Under the pieces are notes generated by a model. That model ran no database searches, was not told the DNA's origin, and saw nothing but the letters and a program-made list of their open reading frames with translations. DNA of 64,000 nucleotides from Octopus sinensis. Lineage: Eukaryota. Positions within the stretch are counted from its first letter, which is position 1, and the number at the start of each line of letters is the position of its first letter. The position numbers were made by a program, and so were the translations under genes. Shown here piece after piece: positions 40,105 to 52,170 of the stretch. The stretch spans positions 37,944,001-38,008,000 of the forward strand of contig NC_042999.1 in NCBI RefSeq assembly GCF_006345805.1. Reading direction: 5' to 3'.

Positions 40105-40400
40105 TTAAGACACGTCTGACAAGGTAGACTTAAAAGATTCATAGCAGATTATCTTCAGGTAAAAATACTTAATTACAATGTAGACAGATTTATAGCAAAA
40201 CAAGATTCCGTTAAAAGGATTACTGTCAAAAAGCATAGGTTTGTAGAAGATGTGTAACATCAGTACAGAAGCCGAAATAGTTGCGATTAGTATAACATTA
40301 ATACTAATTAATAGGCTTAAATTTATTAAGTCCTGTAGTATTCTTAATATAAATATTTGTAAGGTGACTTTCGAGAGACGCCCAATAATGATTGCTTAAC
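40105..40400 (+). pseudogene. CR1-like LINE 3' fragment (family with copies at 43965, 44860, 47100)
   Basis: aattacaatgtagacaga (YNVD.C, cf. FNVDKC), shared among copies. Confidence 0.5.
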
Positions 40401-40667
40401 AATATTAAATGATAATGATTGCTTAACAACCCTACATCTGTCCTAGTTTCATGGAAACATTATACGAAGGAATGCTGAAAAGTTCCTGGTTATAAGGGTG
40501 TCGCGAAAGACCTGGTTGGAAGCCCAATTTTCCGAGTTCTTTTACAGAGCTTACAAAAAATGAAAGACTGCTGCAATAAGTGTGTGAATTATAATTAATG
40601 GATCCTCCTATCTTTTCTTCTACCCAAAGCCAGTAACTTTTCATCACCTCGTCATATATATAAGTAT

Positions 40668-40875
40668 CCATGGCATATGTGTACCGTTGGCGATTTTTCT
40701 CCCTCTGTATTCCCTTCTCTGGATCTCTCCTTCTCCTATGTTTCCGACGAAGAGCTCCGCTCGAAACGTTAAACCCTCCTTCTTTCCTTCTTTCCTGGGC
40801 GTCCAATAATACTATATTTGCTCCACGTTCTCGCGTTGTTTTGTTCTTTTGCGCTTTCTTGTTTGGATTAACTTT
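40668..40875 (+). mobile_element. Short Penelope-like terminal repeat with minimal hammerhead-like motif
   Basis: gttt-CCGACGA-a-GAGC tcc GCTC-GAAACGTT-aaac at 40740-40774; element ends in (TA)n. Confidence 0.55.
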
Positions 40876-40882
40876 ATATATA

Positions 40883-40963
<81 letters not shown>

Positions 40964-41128
40964 ATATATATATTTGAGTAGTTGAATGAATTATCTTATT
41001 AAGGATAATTCGAAAGATAACCGATACCTGGGTAGCAAATTCACATCAGGATATTTGGATATTTGTTAACTAGTCGTTCAACTCCATTCTTTCATATACT
41101 TATATATTATATATATATAATTATATAT

Positions 41129-41175
<47 letters not shown>

Positions 41176-41177
<2 letters not shown>

Positions 41178-41760
41178 CTAGCAGCTAAGCCCGGTTCACC
41201 CCGTCAGTTTGGGTTATGTGGCTGTTTTCGTTTTCGGTTAGGCATAATCTATAAGACCGTTTCTCAACCTTATCATTTCGGGTCCCCTGTTTCGATTGAA
41301 GCCTCCAGCTGTATGAAAGTTCCTGACACCACCCCATCAGAAAACAGCTTCTAAGCAACTGGTGGTTTTAATGGCGAAAGAAAGAGGGGAATTCCATTAG
41401 AAAAAGTTTTAATCGATTTTCTTTGTAAGTATGGGACATAGGTAATAAAATACAAACCGCATTCCAAACTATGCACCCGTTTCTACACGTGTGCCATTTT
41501 CACGCAAATCCACCCACCCGTTTGGCTGTGAATCTCAAGACAAGAAAGAATACAAGGATCGCTCATGTCCAATTTATTTCGCTATTAGCATTTATGCATT
41601 CGTCATCCAGATACTTGTATGATTTAGCGATTTGCTTATGTGTAAATATAAAATTAATGCAAAAAGCAGTTTGCAATGTTACACCAAAAACGAGAATTAC
41701 AAATTCCACTAATTGCGTCTAGGGCGTTAAGGAAACACCTACGTTGCTAGAACTAAAATA
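41176..41760 (+). mobile_element. Possible non-autonomous Helitron/Helentron-like element
   Basis: Starts actagcagctaagcccgg immediately after (TA)n, resembling Helitron-type termini; part is duplicated at ~42468-42620. Confidence 0.35.
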
Positions 41761-41769
41761 CCTGGTTTC

Positions 41770-42470
41770 AGGGTTTGAGATGTGGAACCACTTCTTAGCA
41801 GCTATTGCTCTCAGGTCTACTCTGGCCCGGAATGGTAGCTTCTATAAAGGTCCCAGCTACGAGTTAACTAGCAACCCCACTGCGACTGTGTGGTGGGGTC
41901 CAGTAGAATGCAGTCACCGTTTTCCATGCGTGGCGTAAGAAGCGATTAAAAGGGGCGGAATCGAAAGGACTGAGAATCCTGTCCTCCTAGTAATTCTCTT
42001 TCCTAACAAGACAACAAGAAAAAGACCAGGGAGTGGGAAAAGGTTAGTACCAAATCCGCCGCTAGTACTAGGGTCATGGAATGTATGTTAGTGCAGTACA
42101 AGTGAGGTAAAGAGGAGAAGGATGGATGTACTTGCACTGAGCGAAACTAAGATGAACGGTGTGGTGAGAGAGGTGGATGCTAGAACCTTTGGTAGGGGAG
42201 ACCAAATGGTGGGAGAAAATGAAAAGAATTGGCAGGTGAGTTAGTTGTTGTTTGTTGACGATACAGCACTGGTGGCGGATTCAGAAGAGTAACTGAAGAG
42301 ACTGATGGTAGGGCTTGGAAGAGTGTTTGAGAGGAGGAAATTGAGAGTGAATGTAGCTAAGAGTAAGGTGATGAGATGTTCGAGAGATGGAATGGCTGGT
42401 AGGATGAATGTGATTATAAATGGTGAAGATGTTAGAGGAGGTGAGTGTTTTAAGCATCTGGGATCACACG
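41770..42470 (+). pseudogene. Internally deleted RTE LINE (endonuclease start fused to RT)
   Basis: MDVLALSETKMNG joined to VVREVDAR...VS*LLFVDDTALVADSEE*LKRL...RRKLRVNVAKSKVM...FKHLGS. Confidence 0.85.
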
Positions 42471-42722
42471 ACAAGAAAGAATACAACGATCGCCCATGTC
42501 CAATTTATATTATTGATTAGCAGTTTGCAATATTTCACCAAAGAGAAAAAAAAAAGAAAAGAGAATTGGAAATGTCACTAAATGTGACTAAGATGTTAGG
42601 AAACACCTACATTGTTAGATCTAAGATCTAAACCGTTCTAATTCGGTAGTTAACGCACATGAATGAAAAGACATAGACTAACAGAGACCATAATCGACCG
42701 AAAAGTGCCGACCAAGAATTCG

Positions 42723-42769
42723 TAATACTGACGCGTCAGTTTCGGCAATTACCGTTGCCTCATCGGTTA
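42723..42769 (-). ncRNA. Hammerhead-like motif (U4C variant) with palindromic stem III
   Basis: Minus strand: TAA-CCGATGA-GGCAA cggtaa TTGCC-GAA-ACTGACGCGTCAGT-A/TTA. Confidence 0.6.
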
Positions 42770-42825
42770 AAACAGCTCGACTTCGGCTCTTTATGCTTTC
42801 GTCACACACACACACACACACACAT

Positions 42826-42880
<55 letters not shown>

Positions 42881-43014
42881 ACACACACACACACACGCAC
42901 ATACACACACACACACACACACTCACACTCACACACAGAGGTGAAATTTATAGAAAAACAAAAGACGAAGACAGGTGTATGAACAAGCGTGTGTATTAGT
43001 TTGATGCTCGAGGA

Positions 43015-43059
<45 letters not shown>

Positions 43060-43489
43060 CATATATATGTATGTATTATATATATAACTTAATCTACACA
43101 TTATAAAGATGATAGCTACTAACAGATTCTTGCCCTGAGGATATGAGAAATCATGAGAAGAAAACGAAAAAAGGTTCATTCAAAAACTGTAGGTGTGAAT
43201 AAATATACAAAAGAAAAAGGAAGGAAGGATAAAGAAGAGTTACGTCCCTTTTGGCCATAAAAACTATAATTAAACTAGTTGTAGAATAATACGACGGGGC
43301 GATTTCCAAAGTTTGCGAGACAGCTGCTCAATCTAGAGAGGGTATTGTCTTCTAGTTTGCTAAAAGAAATTTGTTCGTATGTTTGCACTTGTCGAATGTA
43401 TTTTTTGGATCTTACAGTAGTTTAAAATCTAATCTTAATATCGAATCTTTCCATTATTTAATATAAACTAGCGTAAAAATAATTCTTTT

Positions 43490-43700
43490 TAGTCCTAGCA
43501 CAAGGCCTGAAATTTTTTTTTGGGGGGTGGGGGGGGGCTAGTCAATGACATCGGCCTCAGAACTCAACTGGTGTATATTTTATCGGTCACGATTGGATGA
43601 AAAGTAAAGTCAACGTCGGCTGATTTTAAAGTTTGAACGTAGAGGGAGGAGAAAGGCTGTTAAGCATTTTATCAGGCGTGTTGATGTCTTTGTAAGTTTG
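43490..43700 (-). mobile_element. Diverged SINE family B
   Basis: tttatcggtc...gatgaaaagtaaagtcaacgtcggc...ttgaacgt. Confidence 0.6.
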
Positions 43701-43964
43701 GCGTTTTAACTTCCTTTAAAATAGTAACCCCAATTTAACACACACACACACACACGCGCGCGCGCACACACACATACATACACACACTCATAGTATTTCA
43801 GGTAACTTGTAAATGAAGAAAGAAAAGAGAAAAAACGTGCCGAACATTACAGGAAAATTCTAAGATAAATCTGTCTACCAACTGACTGGGTATTTTTATC
43901 TGCTGTACTAAAAATATACAAAATAAAATAAAATAGAATAAAATGAATGGGTTATAATGTCTTT

Positions 43965-44340
43965 TGGATACATTAGATTATTTAGAAAGTAGTCTGACAA
44001 TGTGGAACTAAAAGAATCAAACCAGATTATACTGGAGCTAAGTAAGTAATTACGGTATAGACAGATGTAAATATAAATCAAATTTGGTTAAGGGAATTAG
44101 TGACACTAAGGTTTTTCTTTTTTAGTCAGAGGATACGTATCAGTAGAACATAAATAGGTTGTAGTGGTTGGTTCAAAAACTTTCCATTAAGATATAGACT
44201 TAAATTTAGAATTACAGCGGGAAAAACGCAGGAACGAATACAGCATATTGATGTTAGAAAATTAATAGAGTAATGGATACCTTTTTTTTACAAGGAAACT
44301 TTGGTGAGATGTCCAACGGTGATTTGTTAATAACATCGAA
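43965..44340 (+). pseudogene. CR1-like LINE 3' fragment
   Basis: Colinear with the 40105, 44860 and 47100 copies. Confidence 0.45.
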
Positions 44341-44449
44341 CAGAATATGCTGAGTATTGATATATATTTCTTTGTTTTATGGAGAGTGTTTTTTTATATT
44401 TATTTATATTTACATGCGCCCATGCACACGTATTTGCGTCCCTCTATAT

Positions 44450-44600
44450 GTATGTATGTAAGTTTGTATGTATGTATGTATGTATGATGTATGTATGTAT
44501 GTATGTATGTATGTATGTATGTATGTATGTATGTATGTATGCATGTATGTATGTAATTATGTATGTATTATGTATGTATGCACGTATGTATGTTGTATCC
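44450..44600. repeat. (TATG)n microsatellite
   Basis: Directly visible. Confidence 0.96.
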
Positions 44601-44859
44601 ATGTAGTCGGCTATTTATGTATGTGTATATACAAATATATGTATATATTTACATTAGCATATATAATTATGATTTGACATGCATACATATCTATTTATAT
44701 ATATATGTATATTAAACTATAATTATATACGCACATTATATAGCCTTTTATTTAAATATTATGCCTAGAATAAACAAAAAAGCACAACAGAGCAATGCAA
44801 AACGACTATATATAATCTAATTATATGCTGTTGTCTGATACATCTTCACGATATATAAG

Positions 44860-45240
44860 AAAGATGACTTTTGGATGTAAAATCATTAAAAAATTGGTTT
44901 GAGAATGCTGAGCTAAAAGAAGGAAATACTAAATTATCTTATGGCTAAAGAATTAATTAGAATCTAAATGTAAACAACGTTTGGTTAAGCGAATTAGTGA
45001 CGTTGTTAGCGGATACATATCATTAACGGGTTTGGAAAGGCGGTAGAAATTAGTATAAAAATGGCACTTAGATGTAGACTTAAACTCAGTAGTGTAGAGA
45101 AGAAAATATATATATCACACTGTTGAAGAAAATTACGAAATTAATGAACGTATTTGCGAGTGAGTCTTAGAAGAGACGTCCAATGGCGATTCGTTAGCAA
45201 TGTCACTCAGAAAAAGCCGGAAGGTGACATTTTTCTTTCG
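44860..45240 (+). pseudogene. CR1-like LINE 3' fragment
   Basis: gaagagacgtccaatg...gaaggtgacatt (cf. EERL...RGD). Confidence 0.45.
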
Positions 45241-45375
45241 TTTATTAAAGACAATATAGAAGCGTAGATAATTACGTACCTCTCTCTCTCTCTCTTTTGT
45301 TCTGTCTCTATCTTTCTCAATCTCTCTTCATATATATATATATATATGTGTATATATATATATATATATATTATA

Positions 45376-45410
<35 letters not shown>

Positions 45411-46459
45411 TATATATATGTATATTATATATATATGTGTGTGTTGTGTATGTGTGTGTGTGTATATATATATATTAGATATATATGTATGTATGTGTAT
45501 GTGTGTGTGTGCGTGTGTTTGTGTATGTATGTATGTTTTCACACATGTTCACACACAAACACACACACATATGCACACACAACCGTTTCTTCATTTTTCA
45601 TATATACGCATTATAAACGGATTACTAACATTTCTAACACGAACTCATAGACGGCTACAAAGCCCTGTTTTGCTTTGAAACTTTCGAGAAAAGTATGGCA
45701 CAAACTGTTAAGAAGCATATCAACACACCGCACTTTTGCATTCATCCGAAGTGGAATTTCAGCTCATCAGTGACATTTTCTCTTTTTATGGAGACGTTGA
45801 ATCACTATACGTATGTGTGACTTTCTTTTATACCTAACAACTCTAGCTTTTGAACATGTGATGTAACTTGAAAGAGTGCAAGTGAGATTATCTCTGGAAG
45901 CTTTACCTTGCAGAACTGCAACAATCAGCGGTCGTCAGGGGTTACATTTCAAAACATGGTAACCAATTGGATTTACGCAGCTTGATATTATACAAGTTAG
46001 CGTATGAAAAAGTAGCCCGGGTTCCGTAGATCAGTGTAAATATAGTAATAGATTTACATGTGCTGAACACATATGAAATGATATGGTTTCAACTTTAGAC
46101 TGTTCAAAACCTGTTGCAATAACCTCCTTATGTGAGATTGCTATGTCAATTTACATGCTGACTAATTTGGACTTCGATTAATCCTTTCGCGAATGTCCTG
46201 ACTAACTTTCGACGTTCGAACTGTATCGTCTCTTTGTTTTGGGCCGTTGTACTCTCACCCTGTAGTGCGTAACTTTATCAGTATTTATGTAGTTCTCTTT
46301 ACCGTTAATTTTTCGCCCGAAAACTTAACTTCAACAATTTCACGCGTTTGTTTAACAAAATCCTGTCTCACATATGCTCTCACAATATTGCGGAAAAATT
46401 AAGTGAAAACTTTTTTTCTAATATTTCAATAGTTTTCAAATATGTGGGACATTTTCCTG

Positions 46460-46516
<57 letters not shown>

Positions 46517-46718
46517 TCTTACTTTTGTGAAGGCTCGGTAGGTAGGTAGGTAGGTCGGTAGTAGCAGACGTAGTGCTATTTTCCTTATACAGATCAACTT
46601 GTGTGTTAATTTTAAACTTTTTATATATATACATACATACATTCATACATACATACATACATACTACATACATACATATATATATATATAATGTATCTCT
46701 GTGTGTGTCTTTCTCTCT

Positions 46719-46759
<41 letters not shown>

Positions 46760-47099
46760 TATATAATAAGTTACCATCTATCATTTATCTTCTACTTGTT
46801 TACTAACTGGATTGGGGCACGATCTGAAAGGTATACTTATTTTTAGTGTCAGGTACTTATTGCATCGGACACTCTTGCCGAACCGCTCCGGTACGTATAC
46901 AGAAAGAAACGAACATTGAGTGCTAATTGTTGGGATGACAAACAAAAACACAACGACACACAGACATACATGTAAACTACCAAAATACCTTTCATAAGCA
47001 TTTAAGTTGCAGGTGTATATTGGGGGCTAGATACATGGACACAAAATTCTTTAACCAACTTTTGAATCGGTTGAATACTAAGTCTAACAATTCTGGACT

Positions 47100-47570
47100 C
47101 AATGTATCTTATAGACTGGCTTTGTATGTTTATCTAATGCTTCAACAGACAGAAAATATTTAAAGTCTCCTAGAAATCAGATCATTAAAAAATCAGTCTG
47201 ACAATGGAGAAATAAAAGAATCATAAGATTATCTTGAGGCTAATGAAATTAATTACAATGTAGACAGATGTAAAGAAATAAACAACATTCCGTTAAGAGT
47301 ATTACTGACAAAGTATATATGTTTGTAGACGATAAGTATTATTTGAGAAAATACAAAATAAAATCGAGCAGAGACGGTAATGATTAGTATAAAAAGACCG
47401 CTGATAGACTTGAAATTAGTGAAGTCTTAGGGAAAACACAAGAAGGAATATAGCATACTGTTAAAGAAAATTGAGAAATTAATGGCTATATTCACACAAG
47501 GAGACTTTGAAGAGACTTCCAATGTTGATTCGTTAAATTTGCCGAAAGAAATATGGCGACATGTCATATT
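47100..47570 (+). pseudogene. CR1-like LINE 3' fragment
   Basis: YNVDRCKEI and FEE(R)L.ML...RKKYGDM (cf. YEERL..L.L.SL..RR.RGDM). Confidence 0.55.
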
Positions 47571-47859
47571 TCTGATATTGTTTTTTTGTTTGATCAGAAA
47601 GTCTTACTAGGCGTGGATAATTACGTTTCTCCCTTTCTCTCTCTCTCTCTCCTCACACTCTCTCTCTTTTCTCTCTCTCTCTCTCTCCTCACACTCTCTC
47701 TCTTTTCTCTCTCTCTCCTCTCTCTCTCTCTTTCACAAGTCTTAGATTTTCATATATACTTATTATCATATGTTGGCTGGTCTATGTGTCAGCATACTTG
47801 TATGGAATCCTAGATATGCAGCTGTTCTACAAGGAAGTAAACTGATACATATTCTCCAA

Positions 47860-48560
47860 ATACAATCAGTTAGTTGCTTAGTGAATATTTGTTGAGGCAT
47901 TTACCCGAGCCCCAATCATACAGTCATGCCACATAGCCACCTGACCAGAGAAATCTGAGTGGATCATGTGTAGACGCGATGAAATTTGTATGAAGTGATC
48001 ATTGAACTATATTTATTACAAAAGATCCACTATCAGTTGACATTTTGTGACTTGGATATTAGGTACTATCGTTAATCGTTCAGCCAAAAGGGTTTTATTT
48101 CAGCTTTGAGAGAAGTGTTGTCTTCTCTCTTGGAATGATATTTATTTGACTAAGTGGCTGTTGTCATTACATCCGCAAATGTCTTGAACACCGGGTCAAA
48201 TCTCCAGAAATAACAGCAATAAAGCTGGGACGTACTAGAGCAATGCATAAAGTAAGGCAGGGTTTTCGTGGAGCGCCCACTCTGCAAAGCTTAGACTAGA
48301 GTTAGCATTACTAATGCAGCAAAGAGATAGACAGCAAACATTCCATCATCGAAGCTACAGAGAAGAATATTAGATGGCTTTGAATAAAGTGAGTAGTTTT
48401 CTGGTTTGTGGTTTACTATTGGGATGCAAGCCGAGACTTGATAAATCCTGGCTGAATCGACGTGCTAGTTGGAGTCTGAGGCATGAAACACCTGAAATAA
48501 CCCCCATTATGAAGACATCACCAGTGAGATGTACTTTGAGATTAACTGGGTTCTGAGATG
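47860..48560 (-). pseudogene. Decayed LINE RT (Jockey/CR1 group)
   Basis: Weak P.NY, GRST and Y.DD-like remnants in order. Confidence 0.35.
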
Positions 48561-48660
48561 TGATTATAATATTTTTCCTGATATAGGTATATATCTCTTA
48601 CAACATGCAGTTTTCAATTTTATGGCTAGATGAATCCTTAGTAGTAGTAGTATATCATTT

Positions 48661-48975
48661 TATTTTTATTTATGCGCCCTATTCAAGCCTAGCCAGGTTC
48701 ATGGGCCACTTCTTCCCGGTTTCTGTGGCGTATTTGTCCCTCCCAGCTGGACGGGACGCCAGTCCATCGCAGCGTTGCTCAAGAAACAGGAATAAAGAGT
48801 GAGAGGAAGTTGGGGCGAAAGAGTACAACAGGGTCGCCATCACCCCCTGCCTTAGCCTTGCGATACTTTTAGGTGTTTTCGCTCAATAAACACACGCAAC
48901 GGCCGGTCTGGGAATCGAAACCGCGATCTCCGACCGCAAGTCCGCTGCCCTAACCACTGAGCTATTGCGCCTCCA
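48661..48975 (-). mobile_element. SINE family C (tail type 2)
   Basis: Close homologue of 32452-32766. Confidence 0.92.
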
Positions 48976-49289
48976 GTATAATATAATAAAGTATAATTAT
49001 GTTAAATGAATTTTATAATTCAATATAAAGCGATAGTTAAAAGAAATATAGATTTATGAGGTTCGAATATTTTCAATATTTTAAGTTGAATGCTAAATAT
49101 TGTTCAATATTGTTCAAATTAAAATTGTTTCTGTTAATCGATTATCCTTAACACAACAGACCACTTATTTATATTTCATCCGTCCACCTAATTGCTTTAT
49201 CACGATCCTTCTATCTGTCACTATGCAGCGATAGGAAATTTGTTAAAGCGGTACATCTTATGTTTTTTTTAAATGGTATTCAGTTGTAT

Positions 49290-49750
49290 TAGAGGCGGTG
49301 GGGTGGCAGAAGTGATAATCCAGCGAGCAAAGTGCTTGGTGGCATTTCTTCCGTCTTCACGTACTAAGTTCAAGTTCCGCCGTGGTCAAGAAATAAATGC
49401 GCCCTTTTAAAGCCTAGCCTGGCTCATAGGCCTGGTTTCCCGGTTTCAATGGCGTATGTGTCTTCCAGCTGGACAGGACGCCAGTCCATCGTAGCTTTAC
49501 TCATTTTTGCCAGCTGAGTGGACTGGAGCAACGTGAAATGAAGTGTTTTGCTCAAGAACACCATACGTCGCCCGGTCCAGGAATCAAAACCACAATCTTG
49601 CGATCATGATGCTTACACCTTAACCACTAAGCCACTTTTTTCATCCTTTTGGCGTCGATAAAATAAGTACCAATTGAGCTCCGAGGTCCACGTAATCGAC
49701 TTACTCCCTCCGCTGAAGTTGCTGGATTTGTGTAAAAAATTTGAAACAAA
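49290..49750 (+). mobile_element. SINE family B split by an inverted SINE (~49395-49620)
   Basis: B head to aagttccgccgtggtc resumes at tttcatccttttggcgtcgataaaataagtacc; the insert shares the tail-type-2 sequence. Confidence 0.8.
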
Positions 49751-50241
49751 TATTATTCAGTTAACTATATTTCTGATGGTTCAGTATATTCATACAGTTT
49801 AGATTTACCGGCAAGAAAGAAAAATGTAAAACCATTAAATAAAACCAATGTAGCAACTAAAAAAAAAAAACAGAAAGAAAGACGATATATCAATATGGGT
49901 CAATAAAAAAACCAACGAAAAATATTGGAAATCAACAAACGGTTGCAAGGCTTGCCGGAAATACAATGCAAAATAAATAATTTCGAGACACACGTAATAC
50001 AAACATAGTTAGAACACCCGATAGGCGGAACACGGTTTCAAATCTTTTCTATCCTTGAATACGATATCAGTCAATATTTGTCTATGACTCTATAATGCAG
50101 GTATGAAAGCACACGTGTACACACACCACACAGACACACGTTTGCACAAACACACCACCATGCACATGCACCTAAGCACACACATTGTTCTAGAGAAACG
50201 GTGAATACATAAATAGATGCATACATGTATATGTATATTTA

Positions 50242-50277
<36 letters not shown>

Positions 50278-50735
50278 AATAGTAAAAAGTGAAAAAACTA
50301 CAGAAGGCTTGTTTTAAAAGGTTAAAAAATATATATTTGAGTCAATATGTCTGAAGAATGTTATAAATTGTTTACATACAATGACATAGTATAGAAGAAA
50401 TGATATATATATATATATATATAAACACCAATACACACACGTATGTACACACATACGCACACACATATATAAATATAGGATATAATGGGTTTAGTTCACT
50501 GGTGATCTAAACGAATAGGTACGCTGAGTAAGTGCTATAATTGATCATCCGTTATGTTCCAAGCTCATAGCTGACGCCGGAGCTAGGGATTCGTATCTGG
50601 CTTCCGTGTTAACAGGTATGTATTAGAGGAAAAGGACATCAAGACCAGAGCACGAAGAGTATCTCAAGACATTTATAATAATTTAATTGGGGTAGGGTTA
50701 ATTTGAATCTATCTATCTATCTATCTATCTATCTA

Positions 50736-50776
<41 letters not shown>

Positions 50777-50827
50777 ATCTATCTATCTATCTATCTTTCT
50801 CTCTATATATATATATACATATATATC

Positions 50828-51165
50828 ACTGTTATCGTTCTGTTAACGTTTTGGCGTTCAGACGAGTGTACTGGCATAGATGTGGCAACATATGATATTT
50901 TGTCCAGGTATATGCAGCTGATGAAGACAAATCAAATCTACGTTGTCAAACGTATTTGAAGAGTCTGAAACCGGTACTGCATTATCCGATTCTAGGTTTT
51001 CCATTTTTCAGATGTTCTTCCTAGAGGTAAAACAAATTTTTTTCAGGTTTGTTGCACACACGCGTCTTTGCTAGTATATACACAGTGAAGCTATACAATA
51101 GCGTCGTATTTATTACGATTGCTATTTTCCAGTAAATATCGGTGCCTCGTTCTACCATTTATTTA

Positions 51166-51168
<3 letters not shown>
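50828..51168 (+). mobile_element. ~340-bp hammerhead-bearing non-autonomous element between (TA)n tracts
   Basis: Unique sequence bounded by TA/TCTA microsatellites and containing an intact HHR. Confidence 0.6.
50912..50982 (+). ncRNA. Type I hammerhead ribozyme motif, all core nucleotides canonical
   Basis: ATGCAG-CTGATGA-AGAC...GTCT-GAA-ACCGGT-A/CTGCAT; predicted cleavage after 50976. Confidence 0.85.
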
Positions 51169-51199
<31 letters not shown>

Positions 51200-51204
<5 letters not shown>

Positions 51205-51569
51205 GATCAAAAGCCCACCCATGTCCAATGGACGTACTGAGTTGTCAAACCAAACATTTAAACCAAATTTTCTCAAAACAACTTGTCCGACCGCTCTTTG
51301 AGAAACACTGATTTAACCAAAATTTGAGACACCACAAAAGAAGAAATAAAGATAGGCTTTTTTTTACTATTCCAAGAAAAACGATTTTACAAATGCATGT
51401 TCCCACGGCCTTATCGATCGCATTCTCACATGGAATCGATTTTTGTAATTTTTTAAAGTCTTACACATGCCCTGATACCGTCGGTATCTATATATCAAAT
51501 TTGAGCGCAATCGGATGGAGAATGCCCGAGGTACTAGAAGGCACAAATACAGACAGACAGAACGGATTT

Positions 51570-51585
<16 letters not shown>
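51200..51585 (+). mobile_element. DINE-1/Helentron-like non-autonomous element
   Basis: 3' end caaatttgagcgcaatcgg...acagacagacag...ttttatata resembles DINE/HINE termini; embedded in (TA)n. Confidence 0.45.
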
Positions 51586-51602
<17 letters not shown>

Positions 51603-51974
51603 ATGCAGCTTTAGTGCCAAACAATGGTGAGGAATAAACAACTTTAATGTTAGTTAAAATATGATTGTTACATTTTAATTTCTAAGGGCAAATTCACTGC
51701 AGTCGCCGTGGAGCAAAAAATATTCTCTATCATGGTAAAAAGTGTTAGAACATTATATCTGCTTTTTAAATAATGAATGCAGATATAAACTCTGTAACGC
51801 ATTTTGTTCGTATTTACGTTCTGTGTCCAAATTCCGCCAAGACCAACTTTGACTATCATATTTCCTTGTCGATAAAATACGTACCGTTTGTGTACTGGGT
51901 TGATGTAATCGTGAAATACGTATCCCTGGATGTTTGGCCTTGTACAAAAATTTCATACCAATATTAAAATATAT

Positions 51975-52170
51975 GGAGGGCGGTGAGGTGGTAGAATCGT
52001 TAGCACGTCGGGCAAAAATATGCTGAGCGACATTTCGTCCGTCTGTACGTTCTGAGTTCAAATTCTGCCCAGGTCGATTTGAACATTCATCATTTTGGGG
52101 TCGATAAATTAAGTACCAGTCGAGCACTGGGATGGTTGTTACCGACTTAATCTGTCCCTCGAATGTGTGT
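51975..52170 (+). mobile_element. SINE family B (a more diverged copy lies at ~51750-51960)
   Basis: ggcggtgaggtggtagaatcgttagcacg...ctgagttcaaattc...gtcgataaattaagtaccag. Confidence 0.88.

Noticed and set aside
43135-43165. CTGAGGA followed by hairpin TATGA-gaaa-TCATG
   Set aside because: No GAAA directly after stem II and no stem I/III; not a hammerhead.
45750-45772. Minus-strand CTGATGAGCTGAAA
   Set aside because: No room for stem II and no flanking stems; chance match.
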